From positions 1 through 10,554 of the forward strand of contig JBGAGQ010000116.1 in NCBI GenBank assembly GCA_044226625.1: DNA of 10,554 bases. The letters are read 5' to 3'. A model generated the notes under the pieces. The model saw only the letters and a program-made list of their open reading frames with translations, was not told the origin of the DNA and ran no database searches. The position numbers and the translations under genes were made by a program. This DNA is from Thermoanaerobaculia bacterium. GTDB lineage: Bacteria > Acidobacteriota > Thermoanaerobaculia > Multivoradales > UBA5704. Shown piece after piece: positions 1-7,520 of this stretch (positions are counted from its first letter, which is position 1; every line of letters begins with the position of its first letter).

Positions 1-468
1 TCGGCGGAACAGGAAGGTGAATCGCCCCCTCCCCTGGGGATAAGTCCAGATTTCGAGCGGCAGGAGAAAGAGCCCGCAATCCGTGGCGTAGATCGAGGCG
101 GGCTCGCCCTTCAACATGTAGATGCGGCCTCGGTCGTCGGCTTTGTCCGGATAACGCGCCTTGCGTTCCTCGAGCCTGCGCCGCCATTCGGTCTCGAATT
201 CGTTGCGGACCGTCTCAGGATAGGGGTCGCGCGCTTTCCAAAACTCCCGGATGAACGCCTCGCGCTGATAGTCCTTCTCGAGCGCCAGAAACGCCTTCGT
301 CTCCTCCGGCGTGATCAGCAGCGCGACCTCTTCGAGAAATTGGCGGAAGGGCGGAGCTAGATCTTTGGCGACGTCCTGGGCGAGGGACGCGGCCGGAGCG
401 AGGAGGAGACAAGCTACCGCCAGCAATCCGCGCATCGCGCGAGGAAGGCTGTGCCGATCTGAGCGCAT
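1..468 (-). CDS. GWxTD domain-type secreted protein, 5' part (runs off the left edge; absent from the ORF track)
   Basis: Hand translation of the minus strand is open to position 1: MRSDRHSLPRAMRGLLAVACLLLAPAASLA-QDVAKDLAPPFRQFLEEVALLITPEETKAFLALEKDYQREAFIREFWKARDPYPETVRNEFETEWRRRLEERKARYPDKADDRGRIYMLKGEP...PLEIWTY. It has a signal peptide plus the 'LITPEE..AFL.L', 'FI..FW..RDP.P.T..NEF', 'DRGRIY...G.P' and 'E.W.Y' motifs typical of GWxTD domains. The start is uncertain, with in-frame ATGs at 435, 468, 486 and 498. Confidence 0.85.
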   Translation of the reverse strand, partial: MRSDRHSLPRAMRGLLAVACLLLAPAASLAQDVAKDLAPPFRQFLEEVALLITPEETKAFLALEKDYQREAFIREFWKARDPYPETVRNEFETEWRRRLEERKARYPDKADDRGRIYMLKGEPASIYATDCGLFLLPLEIWTYPQGRGRFTFLFRR

Positions 469-511
469 GGAGACAGGTACGAGCATCTTCTGTGCCATGC
501 GTGCAATCTTT

Positions 512-1522
512 TCATCGGGAGAGGCCGGCCGATGAATCCGGGTTCGTCGGAAGATCCCGGAAGGAGAACGCTCTCGACACCCCGGCCGAGAGTGGCTTTC
601 CGTCGATTTCCACATACGGATAAATGAAGAAGTTGAGCGGTCGGCCATGCTGGCGCGGAGCGAGGTCTACGTCGCGGCCGACGGTGAACAAAACGCGATT
701 CTCATCGTGGGCACCGAAGAAATAGTCCCGCTTGTCGGGGTGCTTCCGTGCCTCCGATGCGTCGACCGGTATCCAACCATACCCGTCGAGGTAGAACTCG
801 GCCCAGCAGTGGTAGCCCCCGACCTCGCCTTGTCCGCGTTCGAGAGGAATGGGAAATCCGATTTCGAATTTGGCCGGAATACCGGCCGCCCGCGCAAGCC
901 CAATAAATAGGGCATGGAAGTCGGTGCAGTTGCCACGTTTCGCATCACAGGCCCAGTTGACGTCTCCTTCGCCCCATCCCGTTCCCGACTTGTCGTATGT
1001 CATCGTGTCGACGACGTAGTCGTAGATTGCGCGCGCTTTCTCAACGTCCGACTTCTTGCCTCGTGTTACGTCTTTTGAAATCCTGCGGACCCGTTCATTG
1101 AGCGGGACCCTCAGGTCGGCGTGAAGCCACCGAGCTAGCTCGGGCGTACGTCTCGCGAGCTTCCGGCGAGCCCGCGCGAAATCGCGGCGAATGAGCTCGG
1201 TTCGAGCGACCCGTACCTTCATCTCAATCGATAGGGTTTTCTCCGCAGCATCTTGGATCGATACGTGCAGCACGGAATTGCCGGATCGCCCTTCCTTTTC
1301 GACCTTCCATGACGCGTCGGAGACCACCGTAACGTCGACCGTCTGTTGCTCGTCGGTCGTCGGGTAGGGCAACCAGAGGTCGAGATGTCCGCCGGTCGGA
1401 ACGACCGAGACCGTTGTTCGGTAGCTGAGCTCGAAGGTGCGAATCTTGGTGGTCTGCGCGTAGAACGGGGACGCCGAGAGCGCCAAGATCGCTGCTGTGA
1501 GGTGGATGTAGACCTTTCGCAT
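512..1522 (-). CDS. Secreted transglutaminase-like (cysteine protease superfamily) domain protein, 336 aa
   Basis: Catalytic triad motifs GNCTDF (Cys), GYHCWAEFY (His) and GWIPVD (Asp). Start reassigned from 1792 to ATG 1522: it has the SD GAGGAG at 1535-1530, is followed by the signal peptide MRKVYIHLTAAILALSASPFYA-Q, and avoids overlap with the divergent gene at 1587. Confidence 0.9.
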   Translation of the reverse strand: MRKVYIHLTAAILALSASPFYAQTTKIRTFELSYRTTVSVVPTGGHLDLWLPYPTTDEQQTVDVTVVSDASWKVEKEGRSGNSVLHVSIQDAAEKTLSIEMKVRVARTELIRRDFARARRKLARRTPELARWLHADLRVPLNERVRRISKDVTRGKKSDVEKARAIYDYVVDTMTYDKSGTGWGEGDVNWACDAKRGNCTDFHALFIGLARAAGIPAKFEIGFPIPLERGQGEVGGYHCWAEFYLDGYGWIPVDASEARKHPDKRDYFFGAHDENRVLFTVGRDVDLAPRQHGRPLNFFIYPYVEIDGKPLSAGVSRAFSFRDLPTNPDSSAGLSR

Positions 1523-1586
1523 GGATTTCTCCTCGTCCATGGGACGATTTGTGGTAAGAAAATCCGAGCCTACGGGGAACTGAAAG

Positions 1587-3293
1587 ATGGCCACGACTCG
1601 CCAAGCTCTGTGCAAGTTTCTGGTACCGCCGATGGCGGTCCTTCTGCTCGCGCCACCCACCCGGTCCGCAGCGGCTGAGATCGTGGCACTCCAAACCGGC
1701 CCTCTCGGAGGTCTCGAATCGATCGGCCCGCCCGTCTCGCCGGGCTCGGCCTTCCCGGCGCTCTCGGTGGAGGGACCGACGACAGGCACCACAGAAGATC
1801 AGGTTTTGTTGACGTGGGTATCGCCGAGTCCCGCGGGGCCGCGATTCGAGTTCTCCCGCTGGGCCGGTGGTGTATGGAGCTCACCGGTCACGATCGCGCC
1901 CAAGGTTGAAGTCGCCGGCCCTCCCGACCGGCCGGTGCTGGCAGTGATTGAAACGCAGGCGGTTCGGCGGACGCTGATCGCTCGGACGGGCGATGTCGTC
2001 GGCCGTAGTGCCGATGCCGGACGAAGCTGGGACCGGCTCCCAGCCCGGGAGCTCCCTTTCGCCTCGATGGTGGGTGGCGACGATGGGGCGTTCGCGTTTT
2101 GGCTGGCCTCGAATGGCGATGGAACAGCAAGGCTCCTGGGGACCCGGGTGCTCGCGGGCGAAAGTCTCCTGGATCCGCTCGTCGCCGACGGCTCCGGTAC
2201 GGCGGCGGCGATGACCTGGGACGGTCCGATCGTGGTCTACCGCGATCGGGATGCGACGGGGGCGGAAGATCTTTCGATCGTGCGGCGTGAGGCAGGGCGG
2301 TGGACGGCCCCCGGCGCGATCGCCCGGGAATGTTGGCGCCCTGAGAAGACGCCCGGCAGCGGCCCGGCGATCTCGGCATCTCGCCGTCGGATTGCCGTCG
2401 CCTGGTACAGCGAAGCGCAGGGATCGCCGGCCCTCTGGGTCGCTTTCTCGGGCGATGCGGGACGAACCTTCGGCGCCCCTGTGAAGGTGGACTCGTTAAC
2501 GAAGGGGCACGCACCGTGGGGACCGGTGGCGGTCGCTCTGGACGAGAAAGGAGATGCGTTGGTCCTTTGGCTAAGCCTCTCCGGCTCGACCGAGACGACA
2601 CTCCTCCTTTCGCGGGTTGCGGCCGACGGCCGGCGGGGTGAACCCGTCACCGTCGCCAGAGGTCGTTTGTCGAGCGCCAAAGGCGAGCCTCAGCTCGCGG
2701 TCGCGAACGGGCGCGCTGTGATCGCTTGGGTCGAAGGCGGTTCCGCTTCGGGAGTTCGCGTCGCGACTCTATTGCTCGCGGAAATTCCCCCTGCCCTCGA
2801 GGCAGCATCCCAAGGAGGGAAGGACGCCGTCGCGGAAGCGCCGTTGGGGCGTGGACGCGTGGGTGACACGCTGCCCGACCTTTCGGTCGATTCAGCCTCC
2901 GATCGGCGGGTTTCGCCCACCTCGCTCCGGGGCCGGGCGGTATTGCTGAACCTCTGGGCCACTTGGTGCGCGCCCTGCCTTGCCGAGATGCCCGAGCTGA
3001 GTGCCCTCGATGCCCGCTATCGCGCCAAGGGGCTAACCGTCGTCGGAGTGAACGGCGATGTCGAGGGAAGTGCAGAGAAGGTGCGCGCTTTCGTCGCAGC
3101 GCGGAAGTTGCCGTTCGAGGTCTGGCTCGATCCCGAGATGAGCTTCAACCGCGCCCTTCGAGTCCAGGGGTTGCCGACGACTTTCGTCATCGACCGCGCG
3201 GGACGCATCGCCACGCGCTTCGACCGTCCGATCACCGCGGAAGATCCGGAGCTTCTGCTGGCGATCGAGAAAGCATTGGGCGGCCCGAAATAG
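1587..3293 (+). CDS. Secreted fusion of an Asp-box/BNR-repeat (sialidase-like beta-propeller) domain and a C-terminal TlpA/ResA-type thioredoxin-like disulfide reductase, 568 aa
   Basis: N-terminal hydrophobic signal ending near AAA-E. Asp-boxes SADAGRSW (2007-2030) and SGDAGRTF (2448-2471). C-terminal LRGRAVLLNLWATWCAPCLAEMP (CxxC at 2967-2978) and the cis-Pro motif GLPTTFVIDRAG, both characteristic of TlpA-like proteins. Confidence 0.88.
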   Translation: MATTRQALCKFLVPPMAVLLLAPPTRSAAAEIVALQTGPLGGLESIGPPVSPGSAFPALSVEGPTTGTTEDQVLLTWVSPSPAGPRFEFSRWAGGVWSSPVTIAPKVEVAGPPDRPVLAVIETQAVRRTLIARTGDVVGRSADAGRSWDRLPARELPFASMVGGDDGAFAFWLASNGDGTARLLGTRVLAGESLLDPLVADGSGTAAAMTWDGPIVVYRDRDATGAEDLSIVRREAGRWTAPGAIARECWRPEKTPGSGPAISASRRRIAVAWYSEAQGSPALWVAFSGDAGRTFGAPVKVDSLTKGHAPWGPVAVALDEKGDALVLWLSLSGSTETTLLLSRVAADGRRGEPVTVARGRLSSAKGEPQLAVANGRAVIAWVEGGSASGVRVATLLLAEIPPALEAASQGGKDAVAEAPLGRGRVGDTLPDLSVDSASDRRVSPTSLRGRAVLLNLWATWCAPCLAEMPELSALDARYRAKGLTVVGVNGDVEGSAEKVRAFVAARKLPFEVWLDPEMSFNRALRVQGLPTTFVIDRAGRIATRFDRPITAEDPELLLAIEKALGGPK

Positions 3294-3326
3294 GTCGGAC
3301 CGCCCAGTGGGGGACTGGAAACGATC

Positions 3327-3959
3327 TCACCCCCCGGAGTTTCTCGCTTGGCCGGCCGACGGCTCGACGTCGCTCTGCTCCCGCGCCTCTTTCTTCTCTC
3401 TGGGACTGAAAGCCAAGCGAAGCAGCCACTTCTTTTCGTCCGGGATGAACAGTCGGTGGCGTGGCGCGTCGCCGAGGAACGCGCTCAGCCGGCTGGCCGA
3501 CGCCGAGAGGTCGCCAGAGAAAGGGTCTCCCCCCGAGGCGGTCGAAGCGTCGTTTTGACGGCTCTTGAGAAACGCGCGTCGCAACCATGCCACTTCGTCC
3601 GCCGCGGCCAAGGCGAAACGGTCCGCCGCGCCCCCTTCGAATTGGAGGAAGCGGGACGTGAGCTCGATCGATTGGCGGCGGAACTCCGCGGCTGAAATCC
3701 GGTCTCCGCTTTCTCGCACCTGAATCTCGTCGAGGTCTCGCCAGAGCTGCTTGTGATCGCGCACGTCGGCCATCTTGAGGCCGGGAATTCCGGCTTTGAA
3801 CTCCGGCTCCGTCGAACCCGACTTCGCCGTCGCCGGTGCTGTAGGCGGCGGTGTCTGGGCCAGTGCCGGATGGAGAGTTGGCCCTAGGCTCACGCAGCCG
3901 AGGGCCAGCAGAAGGTGCACCCTTCGGCCTGTTCTGGAAGGTCGTTCGGATCGGTTCAC
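3327..3959 (-). CDS. Hypothetical secreted protein, 210 aa
   Basis: GTG start overlaps the SCO stop (GTGA) and is preceded by a strong SD (GAAGGAGG). Signal-like N-terminus ending ALA-Q, then a Pro/Thr/Ala linker and a helical-looking body. No family recognised. Confidence 0.7.
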   Translation of the reverse strand: MNRSERPSRTGRRVHLLLALGCVSLGPTLHPALAQTPPPTAPATAKSGSTEPEFKAGIPGLKMADVRDHKQLWRDLDEIQVRESGDRISAAEFRRQSIELTSRFLQFEGGAADRFALAAADEVAWLRRAFLKSRQNDASTASGGDPFSGDLSASASRLSAFLGDAPRHRLFIPDEKKWLLRLAFSPREKKEAREQSDVEPSAGQARNSGG

Positions 3960-4705
3960 TGTGAATTTCCTCCTTCCTCGACGTTCTCCGTCGCAGGACG
4001 TCCCGGATCGCCGGGGAGGCTGCCGATGGTCCCTTCCTGCCCCGCCTCAGGCGCCATCCAGGCGAGGAGGCGGGCGATTTGCCGAGGATCGGCTAGCGAC
4101 GGCGATGCCCCCCACCATCCCCTCGGTTCGTTACCCATTTTGACCGTGCCGATGTGATTCGTCAGGTCCGCGTCCAACACCGGGTCGCTCCAGGCGAAAC
4201 CGAGGTTCTGGCGAAGGGTCTCCAGGTCTTCGGGATTCCCGGTCAGGAAGAGCCAACCCGGCCCGACGCCGAAACGCCTGGCGTAGTCGGCCAGGACTTC
4301 GGGGGTGTCCTTGTCGGGCTCCATGGTGAACGAGTAGAACCAGACGTCTTTTCCCATTCGATCGCCGAGCATTCGTTGAACCTTCACGAGGTTCTGGGTG
4401 ATGCCCGGTCACCGTCCCTTGCAGTTGGCATACATGAAGTTGATCAGGACGATCTTGCCTTTGAGGAGATCGTCGTAGAACCGAACGTTCTTGCCTTCCT
4501 GGGTTTTGAGAACTACGTCCGGGAAGCGCTCCGCGAACGGATTCGGGCTTGAGATTCGGGTGTCCCGCGCGAGCGAGTCTTGGGCCGGCGAAACCGCCAC
4601 GGCCTGGGCGCGAGCCCAGACCGTGGCGGCAAACAGAACGGCCACGGCTACGATCGCGACGCGGAGAACCCGGAGCTTAGGGTTCCGCGACGCAGGCGAC
4701 GTCAT
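3956..4705 (-). CDS. SCO1/SenC family copper chaperone, predicted selenoprotein (CxxxU, Sec99), 249 aa
   Basis: Track ORFs 4409..4705 and 3956..4387 are in the same frame, separated only by TGA (4411-4409) and 7 sense codons: ...FPDVVLKTQEGKNVRFYDDLLKGKIVLINFMYANCKGR[TGA]PGITQNLVKVQRMLGDRMGKDVWFYSFTMEPDKDTPEVLADYA...GWLFLTG...NHIG. The TGA occupies the second Cys of the SCO CxxxCP motif, and the DTPE motif and His ligand are intact. SD GGGAGG at 4720-4715. Confidence 0.88.
4365..4408 (-). promoter_or_regulatory. Putative bacterial SECIS element of the SCO gene
   Basis: mRNA directly after UGA: CCGGGCAU-CACCCA-GAACCU-CGUGA-AGGUUC-AACGA-AUGCUCGG. This gives an 8-bp lower stem (one G-U), an internal loop, a 6-bp upper stem, and a 5-nt loop with G at position 2 starting 20 nt after UGA. 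Confidence 0.75.
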
Positions 4706-7520
4706 GGTCGACGACCTCCCATAGGAGCATCATGGCGTGATCTTCGTGGACCGTGTTGTGACAGTGCATCGGGTATTCGTTGAGCCAGTCCCGTTGACGG
4801 ATCGTCAACGTGACGGAGTCGTTCGGGCGTAGCAGCGCTACGTCCTTTCTCATCTGCTCGAAATCGGGTGGGGTGGCCCCGTCGCGGATCTCGAACTGGT
4901 GTTCCTCCATGTGAATGTGAATCGGATGCTCCCAGTCCCGGGAGGCGTTCTTGATCGTCCAGCGTTCGGCCGTTCCACGTTTCACCTGGAAGCGTGGGAG
5001 GAAGTCGAACAGCTGACCGTTGATCGTCCAGCCGCCGTTTTTGTTGTCGAAGGCGAACGTCCTTTCGCAGACGATCTCGCTTTCCTGGATCTCCGGCTTC
5101 TCCCGCATTACCGCTGGTACTCGGCTTGGATCGTTGACCGCCGGTCCGATTACGCGGAACTGCATCACCTTCTTCGCGAGGTCGGAGGTCATGGGTGCGA
5201 AGACCCCAGTGCGACCCTTGCCGCTCGTTTGGTCGGCGATGTCCATCAGATTGATCCGGGCGCCGGCCGGGAAATGGCTGAAGTCGATGACCAGCTCCAT
5301 CCGTTCGGCCGGGGCGATCGTCGTTTCGTCGATCGTGAGCGGCTGATGGAGGAGGTTGCCGTCATTGGCGATCAGCGTGAGATCCGTTGCCGATTCGTCG
5401 CTCGCGCACTCGACGCCGTCGGTTCCGACCGGACAGGTCTTCAGGGTGTAGATTCTCGACGGCCCGGCGTTGACGATGCGGAACCTGTACTTCCGGCGCT
5501 GGACGCGCATGAACGGAGTCACCGCACCGTTGACCGTGATGTGCTCTCCGAGGAATCCGTCGAGGTCGAACGGGTTGAACATCAGTTTGTGGGTGATCGG
5601 GTCGAACTGCTTGTCCGCGAGCAGGAGCGGAACGTCGAACCTGCCGCTCGGAAGGTGGAAGGCCGCGGGGTTCGGGTCGCGCTCGTTGCCCGAATCGAGG
5701 GTGTCGTAGGCGAGGAAGTTGCCGGCGAGGCCCTTGTAGACGTTCTGGGATGTGAAGTCGGGGCGGTGGTCGTGGTACCAGAGCTGGCCCAGAACCTCCC
5801 GAGGATCGCCCCCGGCAGGGTACATGGAGTAGTGAAAGTCCATGTAGTTGCCGGTGTCGAAGAACATCAGCGGCCCGCCGTCGCTCTCCGGCGCGGAGTG
5901 GAAGTTGTGCAGGTGAGTCGAGATCTGCGGGATGCCGAAACCGCCGTTTCCGGGGAAGGTAGCCGGCAGGTTGTTGTGAATGCGCACCACGATCGGCTGG
6001 CCATAGCGCTCGCGGAATGTGGGGCCGGGGCTGAAGGTATGAAACTTGTTGCCGTAACCCCAGATGGTCGACGGCTGCATCAGGTCGGGATGGAAGAGGT
6101 GCTTGACCGGCCGCACGAACATCTCGTACTGCTTGACCGGACGGAATTCGGCATACCGCTGGAGAGCGCGATCTGGGGGCCGGTTGGCTCCCGGTTCGCC
6201 AGCATAGAGGTTACATCCGTCCGTCGGATCGCTCGCCGGCGGATGCTCGGCTTTGCAGTTGTCGTTCGGATCGACGGCAGGACGGAGCGCAAAGACACGC
6301 ACCGAAGCGTCTGCGTCGGGTGGGGTCGGAACCCGCTGGGCAAACGGACGAAGGGCGAGTTTGGGAGTGTTGCAAAACTCTCCGGTCTCCCGGAGACAGA
6401 CGAAATTCTCGACGATGTCGGTGTCGACAGTGGGGACGGCGATGGCGTCGGCTGCGATTGACCCCGCACGGGGGTCGATGAGAATCGGTCAGACAACGAA
6501 TGGAGGCCCGTCCAGTGCCTCGTTTTCGGCCGTCACCGGATTGTCGGGTCGGGCGGGGTTTCCGAAACCATCCACCTGGCGGCGGGTCCTCACGGTGACG
6601 CAGACCTGTCCGCCTTCGTCCGGCTCCACTCCCGGAATGTCGTTACGCGGGTCGGGGTTCGGAAGGCCGTGAGCCCCCGGCAGCGCGCCGTGGAGCACCA
6701 CTTGATTGGCTCCCTGCCCTGCGACCATGTCGCCGCTCGCCACGTCCAAGACCTCGCGGACCGTTCGGAACAGAGGGGTTCCGTCGGTATCGAATCCGTT
6801 GCGGGCCGCCTGCTTGGCCATCCGCGCCTGGCAGGCGGGCGTTGCGACGTCCGGCCCGTCCCAGGTGACGAAGACGATCCGCCAAAGCTGAAGCGGGTTT
6901 TGCGTGAGGTAGCCGTTGCCCGTGTCGAAGATGTTGTCCTGACGGCGGTTGCACGGCCCCGGATCGAGAAGGTCGCCCGAGGTGGCGCTGCCGCCGCAGC
7001 CGGCGACCGGGTTTGCCCCCGGTTTGGTGCGCGGGAACAGGAAGACGAAGGAGCGGTTCGTCAGGTCCTTGGTCTCTTGGTTCTTGAACGCGCTTTCGAA
7101 GAAGAAGGCCGGGGGATCGGGATAGAACAGCATTTCACCGGCGGCGTTCGTTCCCAGATTGTGGATCTTGATCCGGCTGTCAGCCAGGAACCGGCTGTCG
7201 GGCGCGGGTCCAGGCGCCGTCTGGGCGTCGCCGGGGCCGCGGAAAAAGGCCCCGAACCGGCTCGGAGCCGTGGCGCCGTTCTCTTGGCTCCGCATCTCCG
7301 CCGCGTCGATGCCGTTGGCGCTGTAGAAAGCGTCCGAGAAATTGAAGCCCGGACCGCGCCCGGCTTCCGGACCGCTTTGGACGAAGTCCGCCTCCCCGGG
7401 GGCGAACACGTCACCTCCGATCGTATTCTGGGCGCGCGCGATGCCGAAAGGCGCACCCGCCATCCAAACGACGGCGAGTATGCTCGCCGCCCGGCGACAC
7501 CTCCACCTACGTCCCTTCAT
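4677..7520 (-). CDS. Secreted multicopper oxidase (bilirubin oxidase/CotA-like) with a fused N-terminal unknown domain; predicted selenoprotein (Sec344), 947 aa
   Basis: Track ORFs 6489..7598 and 4677..6302 are in the same frame, joined by TGA (6491-6489) and 62 stop-free codons (GPPFVV[TGA]PILIDPRAGSIAADA...FVCLRETGEFCNTPKLALRPFAQRVPTPP). All four Cu motifs are present: HLH (5915-5907), WYHDH, HPIHIH and HCHNTVHEDHAMM. ATG 7520 has the SD GAGGAAGGAGG (7536-7526) and a signal peptide ending ARA-Q. The MCO identity is very secure; the read-through fusion is inferred. Confidence 0.82.
6455..6488 (-). promoter_or_regulatory. Putative bacterial SECIS element of the MCO-fusion gene
   Basis: mRNA directly after UGA: C-CGAUU-CUCAUC-GACCCC-CGUGC-GGGGUC-AAUCG. 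This gives a 5-bp lower stem, a bulge, a 6-bp upper stem, and a 5-nt loop CGUGC starting 18 nt after UGA. The loop core is the same as in the SCO element. Confidence 0.72.

Noticed and set aside
1523-1792. 90-aa N-terminal extension of the transglutaminase ORF given in the track
   Set aside because: It overlaps the divergent gene, and ATG 1522 has a good SD and is followed directly by a signal peptide.
2955-2978. TlpA active site as a further Sec site
   Set aside because: Both residues of WCAPC are TGC, so this is an ordinary CxxC.
3304-3318. CCAGT-N5-ACTGG inverted repeat between convergent genes as a terminator
   Set aside because: Only a 5-bp stem with no convincing U-tract; too weak to call.
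4899-6461. 520-aa plus-strand ORF
   Set aside because: Antisense shadow of the MCO gene caused by GC-biased codon usage; no recognisable motifs.
3956-7520. Alternative genetic code (TGA = Trp or Gly) as the explanation for the in-frame TGAs
   Set aside because: TGA is clearly used as a stop here (ATGA and GTGA overlaps at 8338 and 3956, and the natural acylase C-terminus at 9043). Trp is encoded by TGG throughout, the DNA is GC-rich, and the SCO TGA aligns with a Cys position.
3956-7520. SCO and MCO as pseudogenes, or as four separate genes as in the ORF track
   Set aside because: There are no frameshifts or other decay and all metal-ligand motifs are intact. The downstream fragments lack signal peptides and convincing SDs, and both TGAs have matching SECIS-like hairpins. 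Not formally excluded without genome context.
7431-7520. Tat signal on the MCO (GRRWRCRRAA)
   Set aside because: Arg pairs are present and many MCOs are Tat substrates, but the S/T-R-R-x-F-L consensus is not met. The export route is left unassigned.
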